Counted from the stretch's first letter, positions 25,851-40,650 are shown. The stretch: 64,000 nucleotides of DNA from Octopus sinensis (GCF_006345805.1 NC_043012.1:31186001-31250000); one strand, 5' to 3'. Made by a program: numbers and translations. Notes: generated by a model not told the origin, from the sequence alone.

Positions 25851-26409
25851 ACTGGTCTCAATGTACTTCCAGTTCTCTCTTGATTACGCTTTTCTTTTCC
25901 ATCTCGGCCCAATTTGTTTCATGAAATTGTCTTCCCATTATTGTCATGTCTTCCGAGTAGCCTTTTCCGATTTCTTGGATATCATTCAGTAACTGCATTA
26001 TTATTTTCTAAATTAAGTTTTTAATTTTAAGTAAGTAACTGCAAAATATTTCAAAATATGAATATAAAACAAGAAAATATGGCTCTGAAATTTAAGTGCC
26101 TTTTTTTCATGACGACTCAATGCCAGGATAAGTACATGAAAGTCAACGATGGACCAGCGAAATGAGGAACACTCGACCTACTAGAAATACTTGTCAAATC
26201 CTTTCAATTAGCAACCTTTTGTCTTAAAGAAACACACATTGAGTATTGTTGTCATAAACATGCAAACAGGAGAATTAGTGGTTGGAATGCATTTGATTCT
26301 AGGTTTGCTCGTGCACACTTGATCTGGGAACGAATAAAAATATGCGCACATTAGGCAAAATAATGGGAGAACTTGTGAAATAGAAGTTTTCTTATTAAAT
26401 ACGAAGTCA

Positions 26410-26630
26410 AGGTGTCGAGTTGGTAGAATTGTTTGTACGCCGGGCAAAATGGTTAACCGCAATGTTTCCATCTTTACGTTCTGATTTCAAATTCCATGGA
26501 GGTCGACTTTGCCTTTCATCCTTTCGGGGTCAATGAAATAAGTACGAGCTGAACACTGAGGTCGATGTAAGTGACTAAAACCCCTCTCCCGAAATTGCTG
26601 GCCTTGTCCCAAAGTTTGAAACCATTATTT
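26410..26630 (+). mobile_element. Diverged SINE family A
   Basis: Core GGTCGACTTTGCCTTTCATCCTTTCGGGGTC plus alternative tail. Confidence 0.75.
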
Positions 26631-26639
26631 AATACGAAG

Positions 26640-27625
26640 CTGGTTTACATGTGACATCAATTACAACTTTAATACGTCGAGGAATTGACTCTACAAATTC
26701 TGAACGGTTGTTTGGGGAATTTTTAGCCATTGTTTTCAGGTGAAGCCTACTTTAGCTTTTTCAGTGAAACTGGCAGAGGGAAGCGGCTCCTTAAAGCTAC
26801 TCCAAAGTGCACCATGGATATTTGATTATATTGCGATCCAGTGATTGTGGGAGCCAAGCTCAGTAGTTTACTTAACTTTTGTGCTCTTCGTACCAATTTT
26901 GAATCACATTAACCGTGTGAGTCAGTGGATCATCATCCTGGAAGGGGATTACTACCAGGAAACAATGTTTGTACCATAAGGTGGACATGAACAGTTGAAT
27001 TATTTAGATAATCCTTAGCGTTGACCATGCTGTTACAACAGGTTATGGGTCAAAAGAATTTTGCGATATGGCTTGCTCAAATCCTCACAGAGTCACCTCC
27101 ATGCTTCACAGTAGCGGCTAAACAGTCAGAATTGAAGGCTACTTTGGGATGTCTCCAGACAGAAATTCGCCCCGAAGTGGCAAAAAGGTTGAATGATGAT
27201 TCGTTAGAGACGATGACATTGTTCCATTGATAGTATAGACACCATTTTCCCGCTAATCAGCTTTGATAGGGATAAGAGACGTTTAGCAAATGCAACCCTC
27301 CCATGGTATTCACCTTTATAGATCTCACGAAGACTGGTTTTCGTTGATAAAAGGTTGGAACGGTGTTGGTTAAGCTCTACTTTCACTTTCGCTACGGTTG
27401 TTCGATGGTTCTTACACACAACACGTTTCACTGTTATTCGGTCCCTTGCCTTTTGTCTACAATTATGCTTGTTAGAGATAGTTTAACCTTGGCTTTAGAA
27501 TGTCAACACGGTCTTGAGCGTGTACTTCTCTAAATATTAAACAAGTCAGCAATTTTACTGATGAAGCACCAGCCATTTGTGTTTTGACAATTTATCCTCT
27601 TTGGAAATCAGAAATGTCATGCATT
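26640..27625 (-). mobile_element. Decayed Tc1-family (DD34E-type) transposase
   Basis: DISDFQRG*IV...MAGAS; RVVCKNHRTTVAKVKVELNQH...GEYHGRVA; ATVKHGG; FQDD; WLPQSLDRNII; SIPRRIKVVI. Many frameshifts and stops. Confidence 0.75.
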
Positions 27626-28061
27626 TTAACTTATTTAGATATAAATATCTTTTCCTATCAAGAACAGAAAAAAAACAAACAAACAGAAACCAAGACGAAG
27701 TGCTATACGATGAAGCAGAAAGCTTACATAATGTATACAAACAGTTAGGAATTTGACATGTAACCGACATAAAAAATAATAAAATATAAAGTGGTGGTTC
27801 CATTATTTTGTCCAGTATGCATACATACATACATATATACACACACACATACATACATACATACACACATACATACATATACAAACACATATACACATAC
27901 ATATCATACATAACATACGTACACATATACACACGTACATACACACATACATACATGCACATATACATACACATAATACAAACATATATACATACATACA
28001 TACATACATACATACATACATACATACATACATACATACATACATACATACAGAAACACTG

Positions 28062-28220
28062 AGGTGGATGTATGGTTGAGAAGTTTGTTTTCCAACCATG
28101 TGGGCTCGGGTTCAGTCCACAGTGCAGCACATTGGGAAAATGTCTTCGGCTGTGGCCCCGGGCTGACCAAGGACTTGTGAGTGGATTTAGTTGACAGAAA
28201 CTGAAAGACACAGTCGCATA
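28062..28220 (+). mobile_element. SINE family B head, diverged
   Basis: GGGTTCAGTCC...TTGTGAGTGGATTT...GAAACTGAAAG. Confidence 0.7.
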
Positions 28221-28241
28221 TATATATATATATATACATAT

Positions 28242-28290
<49 letters not shown>

Positions 28291-28326
28291 CTAATACTTC
28301 GCTTAGGCACTGCGATGCTTAATACC

Positions 28327-28559
28327 TATTTCTTTATTACCCACAAGGGGCTAAACACAGAGGGGACAAACAAGGACAGACATAGGTATTAAGTCGAATT
28401 CATCGACCCCAGTGCGTAACTGGTACTTAATTTATCGACCCCGAAAGGATGAAAGGCAAAGTCGACCTCGGCGGAATTTGAACTCACAACGTAAAGACAG
28501 ACGAAATACCGCTAAGCATTTCGCCCGGCGTGCTAACGTTTCTGCCAGCTCGCCGCCTT
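28327..28559 (-). mobile_element. Full-length SINE family A
   Basis: Complete reverse-complement unit; short TSD TTAATACC. Confidence 0.9.
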
Positions 28560-28889
28560 AATACCGAAGCGTCAGTCGAATACAGAGCAGAAATGCAACT
28601 TAGCAGTGCAGCAAAAGACTCCGATAGAATAAGTATCGGACTTACGAAAATGTACTGGGGTCGATCTCTTAGATTAAACTGTCGAAGGCAGTGCACCAGC
28701 ATGGCCGTAGTTCAACGACTGGACATCTACCAATTACATGTAAAATGTACCAAATGCATAAAAGGTAAAAGGCATCTACCAAATGCATATGTACAAATTA
28801 TAAAAAAATATAACAGTTTGCATAGAAGGAAAAGACAACACAATGTCTCATTGAAAAATAAAAGTATTTAAAAAAAAGACTAACACAAT

Positions 28890-29290
28890 ATCAGTTTAAT
28901 CATGGCTGGGAGATAAACAGTTTATTCAACGTAACCATCCTCAGCATCCACCAAGGCTTCAAGATGCCTTCGAAACCTGGTGCATGCGTTCCTCATAATC
29001 CCTGGGTAGACCTTCGATTCCCTCCTTGATCTTGACTACCAGCTCGGCTTTGATGCTGCAGGCAGAGCTGTCGGTGTCTTTTCTCAACCATGTCTCACGT
29101 ATAGTAATGCATGAGATCACAATTGGGGGAATTAGCAGGCCAGAAATTGGGGCTGGTGAAGTTGTAGAAATTCTGCGAGGATCACTTGTGAATTTTTCCG
29201 GAGTTACGGCAAGGAGCCAAATCATGTTGCCACAAATACGGCCTTCCAGCAGCAACGCTCTCCAGCAGTTTCACACAACCGTCAGAATTT
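28890..29290 (-). mobile_element. maT-like transposase C-terminal fragment
   Basis: Homologous to 1-360 (...SACSIKAELVVKIKEGIEGLPRD...). Confidence 0.75.
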
Positions 29291-29868
29291 AGCCTATTTT
29301 TGAACCTAAGTCCTTGTTTAAAGATGTAGAGACGATTCCCGGCGTGCGGATGTAGTCAAAAGGCCTGCCGTGTCTCTCCCTGTTGGCCACGGTTTTGCAG
29401 TCTCCGTGGCAACTGTTCATATCACGTCTTACACTGTTCACAGAACAGTGAGCAGCAATCATTATGCCGGCATTTTGATACCTGGTGCAAATCCTCATGA
29501 TACAGGCAACTCTTTTCCCAGTATTTTGCTGTCTTCCAGTACTCCATGTCAGCTAATTTTTCTCAACTACAATTTAAATTTTTTTGCTCTCCAACGCCGT
29601 TGATTATTCACCATGTTCACCTATATATCGAGTTGTTCCCGAAAAAGGGAGTCATAAAGATATTAAAATTCAGCCTGAACACACGCTATACATACATATA
29701 AACATTTATACATACAAAACTCTCGCCCGCCCATGTATGTGTGTGTGTGTGTGTGTATGTGTGTGTATACATACAAATAGATATATACAAAAACAAAAAC
29801 AGAGGTATCAATAAAGTGTATTAGTTTGAAGTCTTTGGCGTTTCGAGCCTACGCTCTTATATATATAT

Positions 29869-29900
<32 letters not shown>

Positions 29901-29949
29901 CACACATACATACATACATACATACATACATACATACATACATACATAC

Positions 29950-29982
<33 letters not shown>

Positions 29983-30839
29983 CGTACGTATATATGTATA
30001 TACAATTCAATTTATATGTGTATATGTGGATCCGTTATGATTGTATGTTATCATTATACCTTTAACAATTACAGAATTTACAGTAGCTACGATTCAATGG
30101 GCTTATCGGATATAATTTTTGCGTTGCTTCAAAAAAAAAAAAAAACGAGAAATGTTTTGGAATTAAGGTTTTGCCAAATGGCTGCATTTACGACGTTGCA
30201 TTAATTTATAGACAAATAAAGCTTATTTAACAATACAAATATCTGTCATTTCTTTTTTCCATGTTCATTTAGCAGATACATTTATGTCACATGACAAGAA
30301 CATATCTGTTTCATTGGCGAAGTAAGAATTGTTCTTATATTCCTTCACTAATGGCTTCCTTTAAAGTGTCATTGTTACGCTGTTTATGACTTTTCCTGAA
30401 TTACTTTCAAATTTTAGAGAACATTTCGTTTGCTATTTCCGAATTACAATACGAAAACTAATGAGAAATAACACAATAGCTATAGAATATATAATAAAAG
30501 AAACATTTTCATTCTTTTTCCAAACGGAAGCCTACTTACGTTGACCATTTTTGCTGATGGAGTACTTTGTATGTAAAATTTATGATTAAGATATACCTAA
30601 TAGACACACTTGGTTGCTGACTCTGATAATGTGTTAACGAGGTCGGCCGCGTGTTCGATACCATCTCGCTTTTAATTTCCATTTCTGACTTGCAAAAATG
30701 CGAAATAGAGAGCCAACTGTGTACGTTTTTCTTTGCAAGTAAATAACCTGTCTAAACAAGCTCTCAGGAGTATCTCTGTACAGTGATACATAGGGATTGG
30801 GAAATTCGAGGTCCTATGATAAGCCTACCAAAACACGCC

Positions 30840-31150
30840 TGTGCCACTCGAACGATTGCGTAAGACCCACTGCCTCCTCGTCATAAGCTTGCCGAAACAT
30901 GACTTAATGTCTCTGTTGCAGACTTCCCAAGTTTAACGCAAAATCTCACGTTGGCTCTTTCGTTTCAACTTCCTGTTCGTGACAAAATCGCAGACTACAG
31001 CAAACACGTGATCATAAAAACACAGATTTCACAGCTTGCGAAGTAAATGCAGCGTTGTCACTTGGCACATTGTCCCATGAAGGTCACTGTCAGCTCTTAC
31101 TGCTGACGCAACCGGGCGACCCATCTGTTGGCGTGCTACAGAGGTAGTCT
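30840..31150 (-). mobile_element. mariner 5' end and transposase N-terminus
   Basis: RANVRFCVKLGKSATETLS / MFRQAYDEEAVGLTQSFEWHRR (mariner HTH region, one frameshift). Confidence 0.7.
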
Positions 31151-32112
31151 GGGAACCTTATGACACCACTCACACATATGCATGTATGCATGCATGCATG
31201 TATGTATGTATGTACGTATGTATGTATGTATGTATGTATGTATGTATGTATGCATATTTATTACAGAAACTTGTAGAAAACCGCTTGAAAAGTACTGTTA
31301 GTGTATGTGAAATTCGTTCTATACTGAAGGCCTAGATTTATAAGGGAATATGAAAGGAAAATAAGCCTGTGTGATGTTCATGCCATTCTTAAGAGCATAA
31401 GAATCGTAAATATAGACTTGAAAAGAAATTGTTCCAATCGGGCATCAAAAATCAACGGCCCAAAATCTTATACCTGTCCTTGTGTACCTATAACATATAT
31501 TATGTCAAGATAAGTACGAATAGACAAACAGAATTCTCTCACCATATATTTTCGAAGCAAACCCAATCGAAATTCTTATTAAATAGTGTTCTGGGCATTG
31601 CCTTATTCAGTGGACATTCAGCTTGGACCACAGTGACATTGTTGGATAAAAACTTACGTATCTCTACAATATTATCAAATTACTATAGATATTTTTTTTT
31701 CGTGATGTTTGTGTTTCTTTTCTTACTTTCTTATATTTATCTGTTATTTATCTCTGGTTGTTCACAAAGGAACAGCAGAAGCTTTTATACGACCGTGGTA
31801 ATCTAATTTTGGTTTTACACAATGTCAACACAGTAACACAGTAGATTAAAATCAAATGAAAGAAAAGCATGAATACAATGAAGAATTCTTGCGAAGAGGG
31901 ATTTTTTTTCTCAGTCTTCGGTAATTTTATCCCTTCTTATCACAAACACCATACACAAGCACAGATCAGAACAACCCGCCCTACACTAACACGGACACAC
32001 GCAAACACACACACACACACTCACACACACACACGCATACACACACATGCATGTATACGTTGCATACAATATATGTTTATATATATATATATTATATATA
32101 TATATATATATG

Positions 32113-32154
<42 letters not shown>

Positions 32155-32252
32155 TATATATGTATGTATGTATATATATATATATAATATTATATATATA
32201 TATATATAATAATATATATATATATACACACACATACATATATATATTTATG

Positions 32253-32309
<57 letters not shown>

Positions 32310-32345
32310 TCCATCTTGCATCTATCTATCCATCTATCTGTCTAT

Positions 32346-32403
<58 letters not shown>

Positions 32404-33392
32404 ATCTATCTATCTATAATCAATATTTGTAATAAGTATGGCTATGTAAATATACATGTATGTGTGTATAGTTGTGCGTGTATATGTTGTTTGAGAATAA
32501 TTGTCATTGATCCAAAAACATATCTTGACCGCTTGTATCTTGCCAATTCCAGATATTGAGTTAAGCTCCAACTTTAATTGAACTTACCAATTCTTGATAC
32601 ACATCCATTTGATAATGTAATTTCACTAAAATCCAATCGTACTGTTTATCTAGTGAATGTGTAGAAAATGTATAAAGCTATATACACTCACATATACAAT
32701 TGCATTACATATGCAAATATAGATATAATAATATATATATATATATGTATGTATGCCTCTGTGTATGTACATAAATACATATACATGTTCATACATAATA
32801 CATATAAAATATTATATATATGTATGCACATATGAATTCGCACAAACACAAATATACGCTCGCATATACATATGTATACATATATACACACACATATACA
32901 CATGCATATATACATCACACATATTTCTGCCTGAGTAATTACATATTCTAAAGTTTGTGTTTGTTGGTGTGCGCATGCGTAGTGTATCGTTACCAATATC
33001 TTGCTCCATCAGCTGTGTTTTATATCATTTAGCAATCATAATAAAAATCGATACGACTGATTTATAGATCAGTTTAGATGGACAGCTCACCAGAATATAT
33101 TACGAAGCATCTTTCATGTTTCGGTATTCCTTCTTAAACCTTTATATCAATTTTCTATCTTGTTTTAGTTTCTCGTTTTTCAATTCATTCTCTTTTTTAA
33201 TATTCTTTTCTTTAATAGAAGTCACTTAAACAGGTGTGGATCGCTTAATATAGGTTGATGTCGTCATTGACTTTATCGAGTGATACAAAGAAAGCAGTGA
33301 TGGTGGATTAGCAAAGCGGTATCTTTGCTCACGTGTTGCGAGTTCAGATCTCGTTACTGAGAAAGCACGAATGAATATTTGTTTGATATCAT

Positions 33393-34100
33393 GTGGCGAG
33401 CTGGCAGAAACGTTAGCACGCCGGGCGAAATGCGTAACCGTATTTCGTCTGCCGTTACGTTCTGAGTTCAAATTCCGCCGAGGTCGACTTTGCCTTTCAT
33501 CCTTTCGGAGTCGATAAATTAAGTACCAGTTACGCACTGGGGTCGATGTAATCGGCTTAATCCGTTTGTCTGTCCTTGTTTGTCCCTTCTGTGTTTAGCC
33601 CCTTGTGAGTAGTAAAGAAATGGGTATCTTTGCTCACGTGTTGCGAGTTCAGATCTCGTTACTGACAAAGCACGAATGAATATTTCTTTGATATTTTGTG
33701 GCGAGCTGGCAGAGTCGTTAGCACATCGGGTTAAATACTTATCGGAATTTTGTTTGTGTTTATGTTCTGAGTTCGAATTTCGCTGAGGTCTACTTTGCAT
33801 TTCATTCTTTTGGAGTCGATAAAATGAGTACCACTCCAATACATAATTCACTTATTGCCTTCCCCGAAATTGCTGGCCTTATACCAAAATTTGAAACCAA
33901 TGTTTGGTAGAAGGCGGTGAACTGACAGAATCGCTAGCATGCCGGACAAAATGCTTGAGTCCGAATTCCGCCGAGGTCGACTTTACCTTTCATCTATTCG
34001 GGGTCGATAAAATAAGAGTTGAGCACTGGGGTCGACGTAATCGATTTACCCCCTCCCTCTCCACACCTGTTGGTTTGTGTCAAAATTTGAAACCGATAAT
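33393..34100 (+). mobile_element. Three consecutive SINE family A units (33393-33622 young; ~33698-33903 and ~33911-34100 older)
   Basis: Three GGCG(A/G)(G/T)(C/G)(T/A)-type heads with cores. Confidence 0.8.
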
Positions 34101-35451
34101 TTTTTTGGGGCACATTTAAGGTTGTGGATTAGCGGAGTCGTTAGAGTTTTGCATTTTTTATGCATAGTTTTACATAGCAGCATTTTTCTGTCTTTTTGCG
34201 TTCAAACTTAGAAGTCAACATTAGGTTACATCGTTTCAGAATCGATGAAATAAAGAACCAACCACGTGGTGGGATCCGTGCACTGGACTAACATCCCACC
34301 CACAAAAAATTGGAGTCTTTGTACGTAAATTAGAAATCCTTAAATTCTGATATCACTATTTGTTTGACTATTTTATGCCCTGCATTCAAGTGAAGAATAC
34401 ATTGACTTTAACTTTTATCTCACCACAAGGGTTTATAGAAGAATAAGTACCAGTAAATTACTGGGACTGGCACAGTAAACTATGTATCTCTCGGTTGAAA
34501 TTTGTGGACTTGTATAAAAGTACGAAATTGCTCAACAGTCAGTACTCAGTGGGCTACATTTGTGAGTTGCTTTCCATTCACAGCTTGAATAGACATCCAA
34601 TTATTAGCTTATCGTCATTGGAAAAAACCACAAACAGTCTATTTTGCAGTTTCTCTTCGTCTGTAAAAAGTAATGAATGTTTGCGTCTGTGAATTTTGGA
34701 AGTTTACAAAAATTGGACCTCGACTCTGGAAGCTTTTTTGATAGTACCAAGGTTAGATATACTTATTTCAAATTTTCCAAGATAGGAAATGAAAAGAACT
34801 GGATCAGATTGATGCGATTATAGCATTGCTCGAGATGTTGTGTTGTTTTGCAATGAGATCAATGAATACGAGGTAGTATCTGGAAGAAAAAATAATCGGA
34901 GCCGAAAGCAATTTTAGAGGGGTGAGAGACGGGAATGATTTTAAATGAGATTCGTAGAAAATCTAGAAGTAAGATGCAGTAAATGTGATTGGGGGAAGAG
35001 AAGAGAACGAATGGGGTGGGCTTGGAGGAATTATTAGCATTCTACTGTATCACAACTAAGCGAATTAAAGACGATGCAGAGAATGAAATATATGCAAGCT
35101 TCAGCCTAAGACAGTTAAGAGGTTAAAAGATCCATAATTTTACGGAATGTAATCAAAACCGAAGATATGCAGCAGGGATATATTTGCTACACGGAAATCG
35201 TTTCGGTAAATAGAGTTCAAAGAAGTCATTCAGAAACACGATGTAACGCCAACAATGAGATTGTTGGTTCTGAAAACTAGGTAAAAGAATCTTGTTGCTT
35301 TATCTTCTCAGTTACTTTTAACGAATATATTATATATAAGATAATACGGTTGTATTAAGTTGTATTTCATAAGCACTGATATAGTTTACAGTTAATTACA
35401 AATTTTAGACATTCTTTCCAAGGGCAGTCTTTAGTATTTATGAATGGATAA

Positions 35452-35830
35452 AGGCGGCGAGCTGGCAGAATAGTTAGCACTCCGGGCGAAATGATTAGCG
35501 GTATTTCGTCTGCCGCTACGTTCTGAGTTCAAATTCCGCCGAGGTCGACTTTGCCTTTCATCCTTTCGGGGTCGATTAAATAAGTACCAGTTAATCGATT
35601 TAATCCGTGTGTCTGTCCTTGTTTGTCCTCTCTGTGTTTAGCCCCTTGTGAGTAGTAAAGAAATAGGTATTTCGTCTGCCGTTACGTTCTGAGTTCAAAT
35701 TCCACCGAGGTCGACTTTGCCTTTCATCCTCTCGGGGTTGGTAAAATAAGTACCAGTTGAGAAATGGAGTCAATGTAATCGACTTATACCCGCCTCGAAA
35801 TTGCTGGCCTTGTGAAAAAAATTTGAAACC
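35452..35830 (+). mobile_element. Dimeric SINE family A with TSD
   Basis: Same two-unit structure as 2543-2945; 19-bp TSD AGTATTTA(T/C)GAATGGATAA at 35433-35451 and 35831-35849. Confidence 0.88.
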
Positions 35831-36238
35831 AGTATTTACGAATGGATAACAACGATGTTTAAATCAAAACGAAAAAAAAAAGAAAAACACCAGCAAAAGG
35901 TAAACTTACATATGTGCCATGACATATTACTGGTACTTAACATATTGGCGGCGTAGAAGCATAATCATAACATACGAAATGTTCTGGGTACTTTTGGACT
36001 GGGTCATACCCATCACTCTGCAGGTCTGATTATTGTCGAATCTTCCAGGAGACAGAAAGAAAAACTTAAAGAAAGAAGAACCACTGTACAGAACTGGTAC
36101 TTTAGTTATTGACCTTGAAAGGATGAAAGCAAAGTCGAATCCGATGGAATTTGAACTCAGAGGACAGAGCTGGAAAGATTGCTGCAAAGCAATCTACGTA
36201 ACACTCTAACAACTCTTCCAATTGGCCACCTATACATG

Positions 36239-36270
<32 letters not shown>

Positions 36271-36407
36271 CATACACACATACATACATACATACATACG
36301 TACTTGCGCGCACACACACACACATGCACATATCTGGGAGAAAAAAATCAAACATCCTTTTGACTGCAATTACTAACTTATTTACATACTTACTACTACT
36401 GCTACTG

Positions 36408-36438
<31 letters not shown>

Positions 36439-36854
36439 CACCACCACCACCACTACTACTATTACTACTACTACTGCTGCTGCTGCTGCTGATAATAACA
36501 ATAACAGCAGTAATGATTTCTTGGTAAACTTTTATTTCATGGACGGTCACAGTCTGTGTATCGACTCCAGCACTGAACTAGTGTTTTCTTAGACCGGAAA
36601 TTTCGTCGGAAGTTGAACTCAGAACGTAAAGCTACGTAACTAAATCAACAAAAATATTATCAAAAATTTCTGACATTATGCCGTGAACAAAAATTTGGAG
36701 GGAGAGAGGTTTGTTGATTAAATCACACTCGGTACTTCTATCATATTTTATATTAACAGATCCAGGAAAGATTAAAATTAGAAGACGTGTCGATAATAAA
36801 AAGTTATTCTTACGACTAGAGCTGCTCTTGATGCTCGCTTTTGGATTAATTTTA

Positions 36855-37248
36855 TTCTTTTATACTTTTAATTGTTTCAATCACTTGACTGCGGCCATAC
36901 TGAAGCACCGCCTTTACTCGAGCAAATCGACCCCAGGACTTATTCTTTGTAATCCTAGTACTTATTCTATCGGTTACTTTTGCGGAACCACTAAGTTACT
37001 GGGACGTAAATACACCAGCATCGGTTGTCAAGTGATGTTAGGGGGACAAACACAGACACACATAATACACACACACACATATATATAACAGGCTTCTTTC
37101 AGTTTCCGTCTACCAAATCCACTCACAAGGCTTTGGTCAACCCGAGGCTAAAGTAGAAGACATTTGCCCAAGGTGCCACGCAGTGGGACTGAACCCGGAA
37201 CCATGTGGTTAGTAAGCAAGCTACTTACCACACAGCCACTCCTGCGCC
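36855..37248 (-). mobile_element. SINE family B
   Basis: Full reverse-complement unit. Confidence 0.88.
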
Positions 37249-38144
37249 TGTGTATTAATCGACTGTAAAAAATAACATTTTAAAAAAGAAAAATAACTAC
37301 GCTGAGCGAACCTCTCCACGCTATACCCTCAATATACAAAGCTATTAGAAATTTTCTGGTATTTTGTGTAGCTTTTTTATTTGTCATTCCACACACAATA
37401 TGGCGTTAAAGAAACGCATGGAAAGAACAAACCTAAGGGCGGTAGACATCTTGTTGATGTGGGTAAGCAGCCTGGGACTGCAGAGGAATTTCGATAGCTA
37501 TCATAATTTATACGTTTAAAAATATCTGCATGGATAATACATGTCTGGAATTTGGATGGTTTGTGAAAAATTAGCAATATACATATATACATAAAGATTA
37601 GGAGATTCTTGTGTTTAGGAAATTATTTTCGCCAGTCAGAATTTAGTATTATTTTGTTTGGTGTTCGGCGATGAATTTCTAAAATTTATTCTGGATTCGT
37701 GCCCGCAGCCAACTTACATGAAATATCTTGCATTGTTGTTCATTTATGTTTGTGTAGTTGTTACTCTCTCCTTCTCTTCCTCACCCCCTCTCTCTCTTTC
37801 TCTCACATACACATACGTACACACACGCACACTCACACTCGAGGCTATCAAAAATACCAACGGAGTTTGTGAGATACAAATAGAGGCAAACAATGGTTAC
37901 TCTAATGGTATGTTTGCTCGTGCCAAATTCGGTAGCAGCGAGTGGTGGGTCGCTTTGCTGTTATCGCAGTCAAGTGGTATTCGACAGATGCATGGTTCAA
38001 ATCCTATAGGCGATCTTGTTCACTTTTTTTCAGTAATATGCTGTGCTCGCTAATGTACTTGTATATTAACCATTGATATTATGTTAGACCCATATATACA
38101 TGTATTTATAACACACATACACCTATATATATATATATATATAC

Positions 38145-38562
38145 TTTTCTTTTACTTGTTTCAGTCACTAGACTGCGGCCATGCTGGGGCAGCGCATTGA
38201 ATTCTTTTTTAGTCGAATGAATCTATCCCTGTACTTGATTTTTTTAAAGCCTGATACATATTCTATCAGTCTCTTTTGCCGAACCGCTAGATTTACAGGG
38301 ACGCAAACACCGGTTGTCAAGCAGTGGTGGTGGGACAACCGCAGACGGAAGGACGCACACATAGATATACATACATACACACACACATACACACACATAC
38401 ACACACACACACATATATATACGATAGCCTTCTTTCAGTTTCTGCCTACCAAATCCACTCACAAGGTTTTGGTCGGCCCGAGGCTATAATCGAAGACACT
38501 TTCACATGGTGCCACGCAGTGGGACTGAACACAGAACCATGTGGTTGGGAAGCAAACTTCTT
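38145..38562 (-). mobile_element. SINE family B
   Basis: Reverse-complement tail (TTGTTTCAGTCA...GGCCATGCTGG), internal (CA/TA)n and head. Confidence 0.85.
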
Positions 38563-39289
38563 TATTTTATGAAATTGGCCACGAAGGCCGTATATAGAGG
38601 GGACAACACAAGGTGGGGGACAAAAAAAAAAAACAGAACAAAACCTTGAACAAAAAATATTTAGCTTGAGCATCAATATTCATGTCAAACGCCTTTATGC
38701 ATGTTCTCCACAATGCACTCAATCCTTGCTTTAAGAAGAAAATTGATGATTTCTCAGATTTTGAATAATAAAGATAATTATAAAGTTTCTGAAAGTGATC
38801 CGTTCTTCTGAATACACAGATAACACCTATATTAACCTTCAACTCCAAAGGTCATAGAACAAAAGAGTGAAGATAACATGAACATTCCTTGTTTGTTCTA
38901 CTTAATTTTACAATGCACTGAAACTTATAACATGGACTAACTATTCACTGAATGTGAGAGAAGATTCCTAAGAAGAGAATTATAAGAAAATACTGAGCGA
39001 TCAAAAAGAAAGGACAGTTTCTATACAAAAATCTGAGAACGTTATTAAAATGCAAATTTCCTTTTCTTTAGAAAAATAAATAATTAAATGCACACTGAAA
39101 GTTAAAAATGTAGAGGAGCTGATCACGTTTGTTGAGGGTTTCAGGGATACGACTTTTGAGAAGAGTCCAGATAAACTGGGACATGGTGAGGAGATAAACG
39201 TGAAAGGCATCCCAGTACTTCCACAACAGCAAAACTGAATATTTGATAATCGGTACACTAAACCTGGTCGGTCAGTCGGGACCCCCTTC

Positions 39290-39596
39290 GGTCACGACAC
39301 TGACCATGGGATTGCACCTAGAAAGTTACCCTCCTAGTCACAAGTCTGGGCAAGGTGGTTTATGGAAGACCAGCAGTCGCCCATACATACTGACCTCTCC
39401 TCTCCACGCCACCAGTGTTATCCAAGGGAAAGGCAAAGGGGCTGATACAGCTTGGCACCAGTGACGTCGCAACTCATTTCTGGAGCAACGTGAAATAAAG
39501 TGACTTGCTCAACACGCAGCCCGGTCCGGGATTCGAGCTCACAACCTCACGATCCTAAGCTCGACGCTCTAACCACTGAGCCATGCGCCTTCACTA
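39290..39596 (-). mobile_element. tRNA-derived SINE family C
   Basis: Reverse-complement head GGCGCATGGCTCAGTGGTTAGAGCG...GCTCGAATCCC (A and B boxes), followed by TTGAGCAAGTCACTTTATTTCAC. Confidence 0.85.
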
Positions 39597-39779
39597 AACC
39601 ATATACACAAAAAAAGGAATGTCTAAAACATGTAATTTATCAAGTTAGAAGCAATAAATATGGAGCTTGAAGAAAAGACTAAGAATCAACTGACCATATT
39701 GTCTCGGTTTCAATCTTGGTTAAATTAGAACAAAACATAGATGATAAAATAATGTTGCTATGCTGACTGGGTAAACATA

Positions 39780-40110
39780 CAAACGCTACCAAGTCAGAAA
39801 ACACAATAAAATGCACAAATACTTCATAAAACTGTTATTGAAAGTTACAGTAGTCTGGGATGTGTCCAAAGAAACGCGGAAATCATGGCAATATATCTAG
39901 ACAGTGTTTCTAAAGATAGGTTGATCAGAAGGAAGATCACTGCCCGGAAGGAAGTTGAAAGAGTGTAAATATAAATTTAGAAACATGTGGTATACAACTG
40001 TTTCACACAAATCTAGAAAAAGTATGAAATTCCCGTTGACGCCCATTTCCCACATACAACAAAAGAATAACGTTGGTACATCAAGCATTCTACGTAACAC
40101 GGTTTCTCCG
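39780..40110 (+). mobile_element. Possible decayed PLE endonuclease remnant
   Basis: KTVIESYSS...KHVVYNC...RWYIKHST resembles the PLE order TVKxSYSC...VVYxA...KxRYxxH; weak. Confidence 0.25.
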
Positions 40111-40379
40111 TAAGCCGAATGTATCAAACTCATTTTCACATAAAAAGAACAAAATACATGCAGAGAAGATAAAATTTGGTGCTGCAGAGAGAAAATACAT
40201 TATAAAGAGAAACATCATCATCAACAACAATAACAACAACGTTAATAATGGTTTCAAATCTCGGCACAAGGCCAGCAATTTTAAGGGAGTGGGTAGTCGA
40301 TAACATCGACTCCAGGGTTTAACTGGAACTCATTTTATCGACACATATATATATATGTACCCATACACATATATGATGG

Positions 40380-40650
40380 ACTCTCCTGTCAAAGACGACA
40401 TATGAGCGTTCACCTTTTACTAAACGATCTGCACAAAAGATTTGTTTATAGTGATTAAATGTTCGGGACGCACATTACCTCACTCTCTCCATCAAATCGA
40501 CGTTGTTTGAACAAGGGCATTGTGTACCACGCGTCAGTAATCGAAGCGATCGCAGAGAAACGTGAGATGAAGTGTTTTGCTCAAGAACACAACACACCAC
40601 CCGGTTTAGGAATTAAAATTACGATCTAGCGATCGGGAGTGCATTAGGCC
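40380..40650 (-). mobile_element. Diverged SINE, family C-like
   Basis: Reverse complement of GTGTTGTGTTCTTGAGCAAAACACTTCATCTCACG plus a degenerate tRNA head. Confidence 0.6.

Noticed and set aside
27555-27570. CTGATGA as a hammerhead core (also 46753 and 60928)
   Set aside because: These lie inside Tc1, Helitron and maT sequence with no matching helix I/III fold.
37930-38010. tRNA gene (GGTTCAAATCC B box)
   Set aside because: No cloverleaf; at most a decayed SINE head.
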